NCBI GenBank assembly: GCA_044229975.1
Contig: JBGARZ010000010.1
Location: 64,001-128,000, forward strand
Length of the DNA stretch: 64,000 nt
Reading direction: 5' to 3'
Origin: Polyangiales bacterium
GTDB taxonomy: Bacteria; Myxococcota_A; Polyangia; Polyangiales; Ga0077539
The notes beneath the pieces were generated by a model, which was not told the DNA's origin, did no database searches, and worked only from the letters and a program-made list of their open reading frames with translations. The number at the start of each line of letters is the position of its first letter. The stretch's first letter is position 1. Made by a program: the position numbers and the translations under genes. Positions 19,291 through 28,429 of the stretch are shown here, piece after piece.

Positions 19291-20406
19291 TCAAGTCGTG
19301 GGAAGGCAACGGCTGGTGGTCGTGGTGCCGCTCGTCCGGGTGACGCACGAGTAGCCCGACGGGCAGGTGCGGTTGACGCCCGCGTCAGCCGTGACTCCAC
19401 CGTCACTGGGGGCCACGCAGTCGATGGGCGCGCAGTAGCCGCGGGTGAAGGTGCGCGTGCGGGTCGCCGACACGCGGAACGTCCGCCGGCAGCCATAACC
19501 CTCGCTCACGCGGCAGTCGCTGTCCTGTGTGCAGCCGGGCTGGCAGAGGCCCATGTCGCCCTCGGCGTAGGTGCGGTACAGGAAGCACACGCCGCCTTCG
19601 GGGCAGTTGGACTGCGGCAGCTCGGGGTCGGTCCAGAGGTTGGAGGAGTTGTACCCCTGCGGGAGGATGCAGCGGCCGATGCAGTTGCCGCCGTTGTCGC
19701 CGGTCTGCACCGGGTTGCCGGCGGAGTCGCGGACGATCTGCGGGTTGCAGAGCCCCGACTGGCAGACCGTGGCCGGGGTCATGGTCGTGTCGCTGGTGGC
19801 GACGCAGGACTGCCCGAGGGTGCGGCCCGTGAGCGGCGGCGCGTCGGCGGGGCGGCAGCGGCCCGTCTCGTGGTTGCAGACGGTGCCGTCGATGCAGCTC
19901 GTCTCGGTGCACACCGGGATGCAGATGTTGACCGCCCGGATGGTGCCCTGGTTGATGCCGAAGCAGGTGTAGCCGTCGCGCTCGCAGTCGATGCCGTTGG
20001 CGCAGACGCGGCCGCAGTAGCGGTGGCCCGCGGCGTCGGCGGCCTGGCAGAAGCCGTCGACGGGCTTGGCGCCGCCGGAGCTGAAGAGCACGCAGTCGTC
20101 GTCGCGGGTGCACTCGCGGTTGCACTGCCCGCCGGGGTAGCCCGTGTCGGCGGCGCGGCGGCAGGTCATCTCGTCGCGGCACTCACTGTCGCTGTCGCAG
20201 GGGCCGTAGAGGGGCTGCGGGTTGCGGGGCGGCCTTCCCATGTCGACGGGGACGTCGGCGACCTGCACGTCGGGCGTCTGCACGTCGTTGATGGTCTGCA
20301 CGTCGACGGGGTTGCCCGCGTCGGGGGTGACCGCGGGGTCGGAGGAGCAGCCGAGGGCGATGAGGGCGGAGGGGAGCAACCAGGTGCAAGCGCGGACAGA
20401 AGCCAT
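19291..20406 (-). CDS. Cysteine-rich secreted lipoprotein
   Basis: Lipobox ALGC, DV-repeat linker, many CxxDxDC / GYC modules. Confidence 0.75.
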   Translation of the reverse strand: MASVRACTWLLPSALIALGCSSDPAVTPDAGNPVDVQTINDVQTPDVQVADVPVDMGRPPRNPQPLYGPCDSDSECRDEMTCRRAADTGYPGGQCNRECTRDDDCVLFSSGGAKPVDGFCQAADAAGHRYCGRVCANGIDCERDGYTCFGINQGTIRAVNICIPVCTETSCIDGTVCNHETGRCRPADAPPLTGRTLGQSCVATSDTTMTPATVCQSGLCNPQIVRDSAGNPVQTGDNGGNCIGRCILPQGYNSSNLWTDPELPQSNCPEGGVCFLYRTYAEGDMGLCQPGCTQDSDCRVSEGYGCRRTFRVSATRTRTFTRGYCAPIDCVAPSDGGVTADAGVNRTCPSGYSCVTRTSGTTTTSRCLPTT

Positions 20407-20471
20407 GGTCCGCGTCGCATATCCCAAGCGCGCCCGCGTGGCAACGACGCGACAGGGGCGCGGACAGGGTT

Positions 20472-21560
20472 TCAGCTGTTGTGGGGAGCGCCGCAGTTGG
20501 GGCAGGTGCTGAGCTCGGCGGCGAAGACGGTCTTGCAGTAGGCGCAGGCGCGGCGCGGGACGCGGGCGTCGGGCGAGAGCGGCTTGAGGCTCTGGAAGAC
20601 CTGCGCCATCTCGGCGGAGGACATCACGTCGTTGGCGTCGCTGGGCTGCCAGATGACCTCCATCGCGTTGAGGTTGGCGTCGCCCTGGAGAACAGTCTGG
20701 ATGCCCTGCGCGAGGCTCGCGCGGTCGTTGGGGATGCGGAACCCGAAGTACCCGCCGCGCCGCGCGGTGACGAGCGTGACGACGACGAAGCCGCCGCCCT
20801 CTTCGGCGCGCGCGGTGCTCCTGGGGCCTTCGATCTTGCGCACGCCGCCGGCGTCGTTGCGGACGGTCTCGACGATGAAGCGCCCGCGCTCGGTGCTGAC
20901 GGCGGTGTCGAAGTACTGCTGGGCCATCTGCATGGAGATGCCCTCGCTCAGCACGGGGTCGACCATGTACGCCGCGTCGAGGTGCTGCGAGAGCATCTGG
21001 GCGGTCTCCTGGGCGGCGCCGCCGAGGCCGTTGCCGCTCATGTTGCTGCGCTCGGCGATCTGGGCGAGGGCCGCCTGGATCTGCGCGCGAGCCCGCGAGT
21101 CGAAGGCGATGGAGAGCTTGGCGACGGCGAAGGTGTCCGTCCCTCCGCCGGGCGGGAACGGCATCGGGCCGCCCATCGGGGGGTAGTTGGCCATGGCGCG
21201 CCCGCCGCCGGCCTTCTTCTGCATGACGGCGACCACGATGACGATGACGAGGATGACGAGGGCGATGCAGCACAGGGCGCCGAGGCCGCCGCCAGAGCTG
21301 GAGCCGTAGGAGGTTCCACCGTAGGAGGTGCCGCCGTAGGAGGTGCGGCCGTAGGAGGTGCTGCTGCCGGTGCTGTACGAGGGTCGGCTGTATGAGGGCC
21401 GGCTGTACGAGGTGCCCGACGAGGACGGGCGGGAGCTGCCAGAGCCCCAGCGGGAGCTACCGAAGGAGCCGCCGCTGTGCTGCGAGAGCGCCGCGAGGGG
21501 GGAGAGAAAGAGAGCCGCGAGGAGGAGAACCAGCAGCGCCCACCAGCGTTGTTTCGTCAT
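20472..21560 (-). CDS. DUF1517 family protein with C-terminal zinc ribbon
   Basis: SGGSFG after the signal peptide, G/S/Y-rich region, TM helix, AMEVIWQP....DVMS..EM, CAYC...CPNCG. Confidence 0.75.
   Translation of the reverse strand: MTKQRWWALLVLLLAALFLSPLAALSQHSGGSFGSSRWGSGSSRPSSSGTSYSRPSYSRPSYSTGSSTSYGRTSYGGTSYGGTSYGSSSGGGLGALCCIALVILVIVIVVAVMQKKAGGGRAMANYPPMGGPMPFPPGGGTDTFAVAKLSIAFDSRARAQIQAALAQIAERSNMSGNGLGGAAQETAQMLSQHLDAAYMVDPVLSEGISMQMAQQYFDTAVSTERGRFIVETVRNDAGGVRKIEGPRSTARAEEGGGFVVVTLVTARRGGYFGFRIPNDRASLAQGIQTVLQGDANLNAMEVIWQPSDANDVMSSAEMAQVFQSLKPLSPDARVPRRACAYCKTVFAAELSTCPNCGAPHNS
21304..21359. repeat. 15-bp-period coding tandem repeat (CCGTAGGAGGT core, 4 copies)
   Basis: Encodes TSYG(G/R) repeats in the DUF1517 gene. 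Confidence 0.7.
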
Positions 21561-21615
21561 CGTGCTGCGAGACTACGCCGGGAGTGCGGTGGGGTTCCAG
21601 CGGGTCTAAGGGTAC

Positions 21616-22968
21616 TCAGCCCGCGCCGCCGCCCTCCGGGAGCACCGCGCGCGTGAGGTTGTCCACCCCGCTCCCACCCGGTGCCGTGCCCGTCACCACC
21701 AGGTCGTCCTCGATGCGAATCCCACCGAACGGCGCCAGCGCATCCACCAGCTTCCAGTCGACACGCGCGCTCCCGGCGCCCTCGCGCAGCGGCCGCAGCA
21801 GCGCGTCGATGAAGTACAGCCCCGGCTCGATGGTGAACACCTGCCCCGCCTCGATGACCCGCGTGTTGCGCAGGAAGGGATTGTCCGCCCTCGGCTTCAA
21901 CAGCGCGCACCCGACGTCGTGCGTCTGCAAGCCCAGCGAGTGTCCGAGCCCGTGCGGGAAGAACGCCCGCGTCACCCCCGACGACACCGCCTCCGCCCCC
22001 GAGCACGTCACCACGCCCGTCGCCGCGAGCAGCGCGCCCACCTCGTCGTGCGCCCGATCGTGCAGCGCCTCGTACGGCATCCCCACCGTCACCGCGTCGC
22101 ACAACCGCTGCTGCAACGACTCGACCCCGTCTACCAATCCGCGAAACGCCGCCGACGTCGCGTCGCCGCCGTCGCGCATCCACGTCCGCGTGATGTCCGA
22201 TCCGTACCCGAGGCACGTCGCGCCTGCATCGAGCAGCAGCGTCTTCGGACCACCATTGCCCGGCGCACGCCGCGCGTACGCCACGTGGTGCAGTGTTGCG
22301 GCGTTGGCGTCGTAGGCCACGATGTTCTTGTAGGGCGTCTCGGGGTCGTCCTGCTGGGTCGCCGCGAGGTACGCGAGGTGAAGCTCCAGCTCCGACCCCG
22401 CGCCCGCGAAGAACGCCTTCCGCAACGCCGCATGTCCCGCCGCCGCCCGCCGATTGGCCTCCGCCAGACACGCGCACTCGTACGGCGTCTTCAGCACCCT
22501 GAGCGCGTCGAGCGCGGCCACCAGCTCCTTCGGGTTGACCGCCTCGACGCCCCAGCGCGCCGCGATCGAGACGTCGTCTCCGATGAAGGCCACGCGCCCG
22601 GTCGGGAGGTGCGCCTTCGCGTCGTCGGCCGAGGCCAGGCCGACGTGCTCGAAGTGCTCGACGAAGTGTTCGCTCTCGGGCGCGACGGCGTGCTCCCAGA
22701 AGTCCACCGTGGTCACGCGCAGCAGCGTCGGCCGACGACCCGCGCGCACCACCAGCACGGCGCCCGGCTCGGTGAGCGCGACCCAATGGTGGAAGTGCGG
22801 CGTCGCCCGCAGCGGCCACCACTGGTCGTCGACGTCGCTTCGCTTCTTCGCCACGCCGCCGTGGATGACCACCGCGTCGAAGCCGTGCGCCGCGAGCGTC
22901 GCCTCGTAGGCGAGCTGCAACCCGCGAACGTGCGCGGGGTAGAGCTTCGTGATGGGCGCGAGGCTCAC
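21616..22968 (-). CDS. pepQ: Xaa-Pro dipeptidase (M24B)
   Basis: LLDAG, SDITRT, FPHGLGH.LGLQTHDVG, TIEPGLYF, GGIRIEDD. GTG start overlaps the dusB stop. Confidence 0.9.
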   Translation of the reverse strand: MSLAPITKLYPAHVRGLQLAYEATLAAHGFDAVVIHGGVAKKRSDVDDQWWPLRATPHFHHWVALTEPGAVLVVRAGRRPTLLRVTTVDFWEHAVAPESEHFVEHFEHVGLASADDAKAHLPTGRVAFIGDDVSIAARWGVEAVNPKELVAALDALRVLKTPYECACLAEANRRAAAGHAALRKAFFAGAGSELELHLAYLAATQQDDPETPYKNIVAYDANAATLHHVAYARRAPGNGGPKTLLLDAGATCLGYGSDITRTWMRDGGDATSAAFRGLVDGVESLQQRLCDAVTVGMPYEALHDRAHDEVGALLAATGVVTCSGAEAVSSGVTRAFFPHGLGHSLGLQTHDVGCALLKPRADNPFLRNTRVIEAGQVFTIEPGLYFIDALLRPLREGAGSARVDWKLVDALAPFGGIRIEDDLVVTGTAPGGSGVDNLTRAVLPEGGGAG

Positions 22969-23996
22969 AGGCTCACCTCCGCGTCGTGCAAACGCCCGCT
23001 CGACCGCCGCTGCCGCGACTCCTCCAGCAGGTCGAAGCACGCCGCCATGGTGTCGGTGACCACCAGCCGCTGCCGCAAGATGGCCGCGCCCGGCAGGCCC
23101 TTGAGGTAGCCCGTGAGGTGGCGCCGCGTGACGGCCACGCCGTGCTTCTCGCCGCGCTCGGCGACGTTGGCGGCGAGGTGCTCCTTGCACAGGTCGATGC
23201 GCTCATCCCAGGTCGGTGGAGCGCACTCCACGCCCGTGTCGAGCAGCGTGCGCGCCTCGCGAAACACCCACGGGTGCTCGATGGCCCGACGACCCACCAT
23301 CACGCCCGCGCAGCCCGTCTCGGCGAGCGCCCGCTTCGCGTCGTCGGCGCACTTGATGTCGCCGTTGACCACCACCGGGATGCTCACCACCTCGCGGGCC
23401 TTGCGCGCCCAGTCCCAGTCGGCCGCGCCCGAGTGGCCCATCTGCGCCGTGCGGCAATGCACCGTCAGCGCCTGAACCCCGACGTCCTCCAGCCGGCGCG
23501 CGAGGTCGACGATGGGCATGTCGCTCTCGGGGCCGTACCCGATGCGGGTCTTCACCGTCACAGGCAACGCCACGCGGCCGACCACCATCTTCGCCATCTC
23601 GACCATCGCCGACGGGTTGCGCAGCCACCCCGCACCCGCGCCGCGCCCCGCGATCTTCGGAACCCAGCACCCGCAGTTGATGTCGATGGCCGTCGGGTTG
23701 GCGGCCTCGGCGACGGTTGCTGCTTCGGCGAGGCGCTCGGGGTCGCTGCCGTAGATCTGTATCACCGTCGGCGTGTCGTCGGCCGTGATGCGCACCTTGC
23801 GCGCGGCCGTCTTGCAGCCGCGGAGGAGCCCCTCGACGTTGACGAACTCCGTCACGCAGAAGTGCGCGCCGACGGTGCGGCAGAGCCGACGGAAGACCAC
23901 GTCGGTGACGTCCTCCATGGGGGCGAGGATCACCGGTCGCGTGGCGTAGAGCGCCCGAAGCGTGTCGAAGGAGTTCATGGTGTGGGGATGGGCCAT
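22965..23996 (-). CDS. dusB: tRNA-dihydrouridine synthase (start may be 23978)
   Basis: LAPMEDVTD, QIYG, DINCGC, VTVKTRIG, NGDI, GVMVGR. Confidence 0.9.
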   Translation of the reverse strand: MAHPHTMNSFDTLRALYATRPVILAPMEDVTDVVFRRLCRTVGAHFCVTEFVNVEGLLRGCKTAARKVRITADDTPTVIQIYGSDPERLAEAATVAEAANPTAIDINCGCWVPKIAGRGAGAGWLRNPSAMVEMAKMVVGRVALPVTVKTRIGYGPESDMPIVDLARRLEDVGVQALTVHCRTAQMGHSGAADWDWARKAREVVSIPVVVNGDIKCADDAKRALAETGCAGVMVGRRAIEHPWVFREARTLLDTGVECAPPTWDERIDLCKEHLAANVAERGEKHGVAVTRRHLTGYLKGLPGAAILRQRLVVTDTMAACFDLLEESRQRRSSGRLHDAEVSL

Positions 23997-24071
23997 CGGT
24001 TACCGCATCAAAGCCGTGGAGGCCAGCGGGGGAAGGGCGGTACCATCGGCGCCGTTGAGGGAGCGGAGCGG

Positions 24072-25127
24072 TTGATCAAGTACCTCGGGTCGAAGCGCAC
24101 CCTCATCCCCGTGATCTTCGAGGCGATGCAGCGGTCGGCTGGCGTTCGGTCGGTCATCGACCTCTTCTCCGGGACGTCTCGTGTCGGCCACGCCCTCAAG
24201 GGCGCGGGCTATCGCGTGCTCTCCAACGACCACAACGCCTACGCCGCGGCCCTCGCGCGCTGCTACGTGCAGGCCGACGCCGAGGCCGTCACCCGCGACG
24301 CCGAGCAGCTCGTGAGGGAGTTCAATCTGCTCGCCGGGTCGCCGGGGTACTTCACCGAGACCTTCTGCGAGCGCTCGCGCTTCTTCCAACCCAAGAACGG
24401 CGCGCGCGTCGACGCCATCCGCGAGGCCATCGCCGCCAAGTGCCTGGAGCCCGAGCTCGAAGCCGTGATGCTCACGTCGCTGATGGAAGCCGCCGACCGG
24501 GTGGACTCCACCACCGGGCTCCAGATGGCCTACCTGAAAGCGTGGGCCCCACGCGCCTCGCATGACCTCGAGCTGCGCGTCCCCAACGTGCTGCCGCGCG
24601 CAACCCACGGGAAGGCGGAGGCCCACCAGCTCGATGCGTTCGAGGCGGCCGCGCGGCTCGACGCCGACCTCGCGTACATCGACCCGCCGTACAACCAGCA
24701 CTCGTACCTCGGCAACTACCACGTGTGGGAGTCGCTGGTTCGCTGGGACAAGCCCGAGGTCTACGGCGTCGCGTGCAAGCGCGTCGACGTGCGCGAGCGG
24801 AAGAGCGCGTTCAATTCGCGGAAGGAGTTTGCGGGGGCGATGCGGCGGTTGTTGGGCGCGGTGCGGGCGCCGGTGATCGTGGTGTCGTTCAGCAACGAGG
24901 GGTACATGGATCGCGCCGAGATGGAGGCGATGCTCTCGTCGCTGTGGGGCGGCGGCGCGCGGGTCACCACCATCGAGACCGACTTCAAGCGCTACGTCGG
25001 CGCGCAGATCGGCATCTACAACCCGAGCGGCCGCAAGGTCGGCCGGGTCGGCCACCTCAAGAACAAGGAGTACCTCTACGTCGTGTCCCGCGAGGCGGCG
25101 GCTCCGGTACTCTCCGCCTCCCCATGA
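24072..25127 (+). CDS. N6-adenine DNA methyltransferase (D12 / FokI-M-like), orphan
   Basis: TTG start after GGAG; IKYLGSK, DLFSGT (motif I), YIDPPYN (motif IV). Confidence 0.85.
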   Translation: MIKYLGSKRTLIPVIFEAMQRSAGVRSVIDLFSGTSRVGHALKGAGYRVLSNDHNAYAAALARCYVQADAEAVTRDAEQLVREFNLLAGSPGYFTETFCERSRFFQPKNGARVDAIREAIAAKCLEPELEAVMLTSLMEAADRVDSTTGLQMAYLKAWAPRASHDLELRVPNVLPRATHGKAEAHQLDAFEAAARLDADLAYIDPPYNQHSYLGNYHVWESLVRWDKPEVYGVACKRVDVRERKSAFNSRKEFAGAMRRLLGAVRAPVIVVSFSNEGYMDRAEMEAMLSSLWGGGARVTTIETDFKRYVGAQIGIYNPSGRKVGRVGHLKNKEYLYVVSREAAAPVLSASP

Positions 25128-26323
25128 CCTTCGCGCCGCTCGAAGCCCGCCTCGGTGACCGCTCGCTCTTCCTCGACCTGGAAGCCCGCGCCTACCTCGC
25201 CCACGCCGCCATCTCGCCGCCGTCGCTCGTCGCTCGTCGCGCTGTCCTCGGCATCCTCGGTGACTACGCCCGCCGCGGATCCAACGCCTTCGGCGTCGCC
25301 ATCGACCAGCGCCAACGCCTGCGCGCGAAGCTCGCCGCGCTCATCAACGCGAAGCCCTCCGAGGTCGCCCTCGTCCCCAACACCACCCTCGGCGTCACCC
25401 AGGTCGCCGTTGGGTTTCCCTTCGAGCGCGGCGATCGCGTGCTCTGCTTTCGCGGCGAGTTTCCCGCCAACGTCACGCCGTGGCAGCGCGCCGCCGAGCT
25501 CTTCGGACTCGACATCGCCTGGGTCGACGCCGACCTCGCGCGCACCGACCCCACCCGCTTCCTCGCCGAGGTCGATGCTGTCTGCGCGAAGGGCGTCCGA
25601 CTCGTCGCGGTGAGCGCCGTGCAGTTTCAGACCGGCCTCCGCATGCCCCTGCGCGAGCTCTCCGACCGCGCCCACGCCGTCGGCGGTGTGCTCTTCGTCG
25701 ACGCCATCCAGGCGTGCGGATCGACCCCCATCGACGTCGAGGCCGACGGCATCGACGCGCTCGCGTGCGGCGGCCACAAGTGGCTGATGGGACTCGAAGG
25801 CGCCGGGATGCTCTACCTCCGCGACGCCGTGTCGCGCGCGATGAAGACCCACCTCGCGGGCTGGATCTCGCACGAGGATGCCTTCTCCTTCCTCATCAAC
25901 GGTCCAGGGCTCTTGCGCTACGACCGACCCTTCCGCGGCGACGCGGGGCTCGTCGAGGGCGGGGCCTTCAGCACCGTCGGGTGCGTGGCGCTGGAGGCCA
26001 GCGTCGATGTGCTCGCGGGCATCGGCGTCGCCAACGTCCATGCGCACGTCAACCGCTACCTCGACGTGCTGGAGCGAGCGCTGGTCGAGCGGGGCTTTCG
26101 TAGCCTGCGCGCGTCGGACGCGGCGGGGCGCTCGTGCATTCTCGGTGTGCTGCCGCCGGAGGGCAGGGACGCGCCGTGGTGGTCGAAGGCGCTGGGTGAG
26201 CGGTCGGTGGTGACGTCGTGCCCGGATGGTGTTCTGCGGTTTGCGCCGCACTGGCCCAATGACATCGAGCGCGAGCTCGGTGTCATCACCGACGCATTGG
26301 ACGACGCGAGGAGGCAGTCATGA
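25124..26323 (+). CDS. PLP-dependent class V aminotransferase (cysteine desulfurase / C-S lyase-like)
   Basis: YLAHAAISP, EFPAN, FVDAIQ, GGHKWL. Confidence 0.85.
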   Translation: MTFAPLEARLGDRSLFLDLEARAYLAHAAISPPSLVARRAVLGILGDYARRGSNAFGVAIDQRQRLRAKLAALINAKPSEVALVPNTTLGVTQVAVGFPFERGDRVLCFRGEFPANVTPWQRAAELFGLDIAWVDADLARTDPTRFLAEVDAVCAKGVRLVAVSAVQFQTGLRMPLRELSDRAHAVGGVLFVDAIQACGSTPIDVEADGIDALACGGHKWLMGLEGAGMLYLRDAVSRAMKTHLAGWISHEDAFSFLINGPGLLRYDRPFRGDAGLVEGGAFSTVGCVALEASVDVLAGIGVANVHAHVNRYLDVLERALVERGFRSLRASDAAGRSCILGVLPPEGRDAPWWSKALGERSVVTSCPDGVLRFAPHWPNDIERELGVITDALDDARRQS

Positions 26324-27279
26324 CGGACGAGGGCGACGCGCTGACGGCGGCCATCGGGAGCGACGAGGCCGTGGTCATCACCGGCGTGGTGGGGCGCCTG
26401 GGCAAGCACGTGTGCCGGCTGCTGCACCGGATGGTGAAGGTCATCGGGGTCGACCGGCGGGAGTTTCCCGATCGGCCGAAGGACGTCACGCACCTGCGCA
26501 TCGACATCAGGCGCAAGAAGCTGCGCGACGTGTTTCGCAGCGGGAAGGTGAGGGCGGTGGTTCACCTCGGGGTGATGCACGACCCCCGCGCGTCGACGAG
26601 CGATCACCACTCCTGGAACGTCGTCGGCTTCGGCAAGATGCTCGAATCGATGGCGCAGTTCGGGGTGCGCAAGCTGGTGGTTCTCTCCAGCGCCAACGTG
26701 TACGGGCCGCGCCCCGACAACCCGCAGTTTCTCGCGGAAGAAGCGCCGCTGCTGGGCAGCCAGGACTTCAGCGAGATTCGCGACCTCATCGAGGTCGACA
26801 TGCTCGCGCAGAGCTTCTTCTGGCGTCACCCGAGCTGCGAGACGGTGATCCTCCGCCCGACGCACATCCTCGGCGCCGTGAAAAACGCCCCCAGCAACTA
26901 CCTCCGCCTCCCGGTGACGCCGACGCTGATGGGCTTCGACCCGATGATCCAGGTGATCCACTACGACGACGTGGCGCGCGCCATCGCGCTCGCGCTGCGC
27001 CCCGGCGTGCGCGGCATCTTCAACCTCGCGGGGCCCGAACCGCTGCCCCTCTCGCGCATCCTGAAGATGCTGGAGCGCACGCGGCTGCCGGTGCCCCACG
27101 GGGCCGCGCGCTCGATGCTCACGCAGCTCTTCCGCTACCGCCTGTCGAGCTTCCCCGCGCCGGAGCTCGACCACATCCGCTACGTCTGCATGGTCGACGA
27201 CCGCCGCGCCCGCGACGCGCTCGGGTATGCGCCGCGCCACGGCGTCAGGGACACCGTCTTCGCCGTCGACAACGGCTGA
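26320..27279 (+). CDS. NAD-dependent epimerase/dehydratase (SDR)
   Basis: VVITGVVGRLG, VVHLG, LSSANVYG, QVIHYDDVA, FNLAG. Confidence 0.85.
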   Translation: MTDEGDALTAAIGSDEAVVITGVVGRLGKHVCRLLHRMVKVIGVDRREFPDRPKDVTHLRIDIRRKKLRDVFRSGKVRAVVHLGVMHDPRASTSDHHSWNVVGFGKMLESMAQFGVRKLVVLSSANVYGPRPDNPQFLAEEAPLLGSQDFSEIRDLIEVDMLAQSFFWRHPSCETVILRPTHILGAVKNAPSNYLRLPVTPTLMGFDPMIQVIHYDDVARAIALALRPGVRGIFNLAGPEPLPLSRILKMLERTRLPVPHGAARSMLTQLFRYRLSSFPAPELDHIRYVCMVDDRRARDALGYAPRHGVRDTVFAVDNG

Positions 27280-27281
27280 GC

Positions 27282-27362
27282 GGGTGGGGACGGTCTCAGC
27301 TTTTCAAGTTGTGACGATTGGGCGGAACGTCACAACTTGAAAAGTTGAAACCGTCCCCACCC
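27282..27362. repeat. Intergenic inverted repeat, 35-bp arms with 2 mismatches (REP-like)
   Basis: GGGTGGGGACGGTCTCAGCTTTTCAAGTTGTGACG (27282-27316) pairs with CGTCACAACTTGAAAAGTTGAAACCGTCCCCACCC (27328-27362). Confidence 0.9.
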
Positions 27363-27386
27363 CCGCTCGGGTACCTTCCCCCTCCC

Positions 27387-28295
27387 ATGACCGACGCGCT
27401 CTCCTCCATCGCCGGTGTCGTCGACGTCGACCTGCTCCGCGGCACCGCCGCCTCCCCCATCGCCCCGCCCGACCTCGTCATCGAGATCCCCCACGGCGCC
27501 ACCACCACCGCCGACTTCACGTCGCTCGCCGCCGAGCTCCGCAGCCCGCTGCCCGAAGCGCTCGTCGACTTCTTCCACGTCAACACCGACGCGGGCGCCC
27601 CCGAGCTCGCCGTCGCCGTCGCGCGTCGCCTCGTCGCGCTCGACCCGTCGCGCACGGTGGCCATCTTCCGTTGCCGCGTTCCGCGCACCTTCATCGACTG
27701 CAACCGCCGCATCGACGCATCGCCCGCTGACTTCAAGGCCGGTAAGGTCACCCCCGGGCTCATGCCCTGGATCACGCACCCCGACGACCGCGCCCTCCTG
27801 CGCGCCCGCTACGACGCCTACGTCGCCGCCGTCCGTCGCGCCGTCGCGCTCGCTCTCCCCAGTGGCGCCGTGCTGATGCTGCACACCTACGCGCCACGCT
27901 CCGTCGACGTCGAGGTCGACGCGGACATCGTGACCAACCTCCGTCGGGCCTATCAGCCCGAGGTCGAGCCCACGTGGCCGCTGCGCCCCGAGGTCGACGT
28001 CATCGGCCGCGGCCTCGACGGGACCTCGTACGCGCCCGCCGCCGTGGTCGACGCGCTACGCAGCAACATGGCCGCGGTGGGCGTCACCGTCGCCGACGGC
28101 GAGACCTACCCGATGCACCCCAGCACGATGGCGTGGGAGCACGCCAACGCCTGGCCGGGCCGCACGCTCTGTGTCGAAGTGCGGCGCGACCTCGTGGCCG
28201 ATCCCTTCGACCCCTTCGCTCAGATGAACATCGGCGACGCCAAGATCGCTCGCCTCGCAGGCCCGATGGCTGAAGCCCTCCGCGCCTGGTGGTGA
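27387..28295 (+). CDS. N-formylglutamate amidohydrolase-like protein
   Basis: IEIPHG, NTDAG, RTFIDCNR, LMLHTY, VEVRRDL. Confidence 0.75.
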   Translation: MTDALSSIAGVVDVDLLRGTAASPIAPPDLVIEIPHGATTTADFTSLAAELRSPLPEALVDFFHVNTDAGAPELAVAVARRLVALDPSRTVAIFRCRVPRTFIDCNRRIDASPADFKAGKVTPGLMPWITHPDDRALLRARYDAYVAAVRRAVALALPSGAVLMLHTYAPRSVDVEVDADIVTNLRRAYQPEVEPTWPLRPEVDVIGRGLDGTSYAPAAVVDALRSNMAAVGVTVADGETYPMHPSTMAWEHANAWPGRTLCVEVRRDLVADPFDPFAQMNIGDAKIARLAGPMAEALRAWW

Positions 28296-28304
28296 GTTCA
28301 GCGT

Positions 28305-28429
28305 AGAAGGTCATCTCAACCCGTCGCGAGCACCCCGAGACGAGGGAGGCCGCGCGAGACATACGCGGGGTATTTCGAGCGCGGCCGACCGCTGTATCGG
28401 GGGGCGCAGCAGGGTTGTGATGACCTTCT
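28305..28429. repeat. ~125-bp structured element with 18-bp terminal inverted repeats between convergent genes
   Basis: AGAAGGTCATCTCAACCC / GGGTTGTGATGACCTTCT (17/18 match), with nested CCCCGA/TCGGGG, GGCCGCGC/GCGCGGCC and ATAC/GTAT stems. Confidence 0.75.

Noticed and set aside
21304..21420. Short periodic repeats as a CRISPR array
   Set aside because: 15-bp in-frame coding repeats with no unique spacers and no cas genes. The same applies to the repeats at ~55365-55465 and ~62060-62200.
24072..26323. MTase plus desulfurase-like gene as a Dnd/Ssp phosphorothioation or R-M defence system
   Set aside because: No dndBCDE, ssp or endonuclease genes, and the PLP enzyme lacks a clear IscS/DndA catalytic Cys loop motif.
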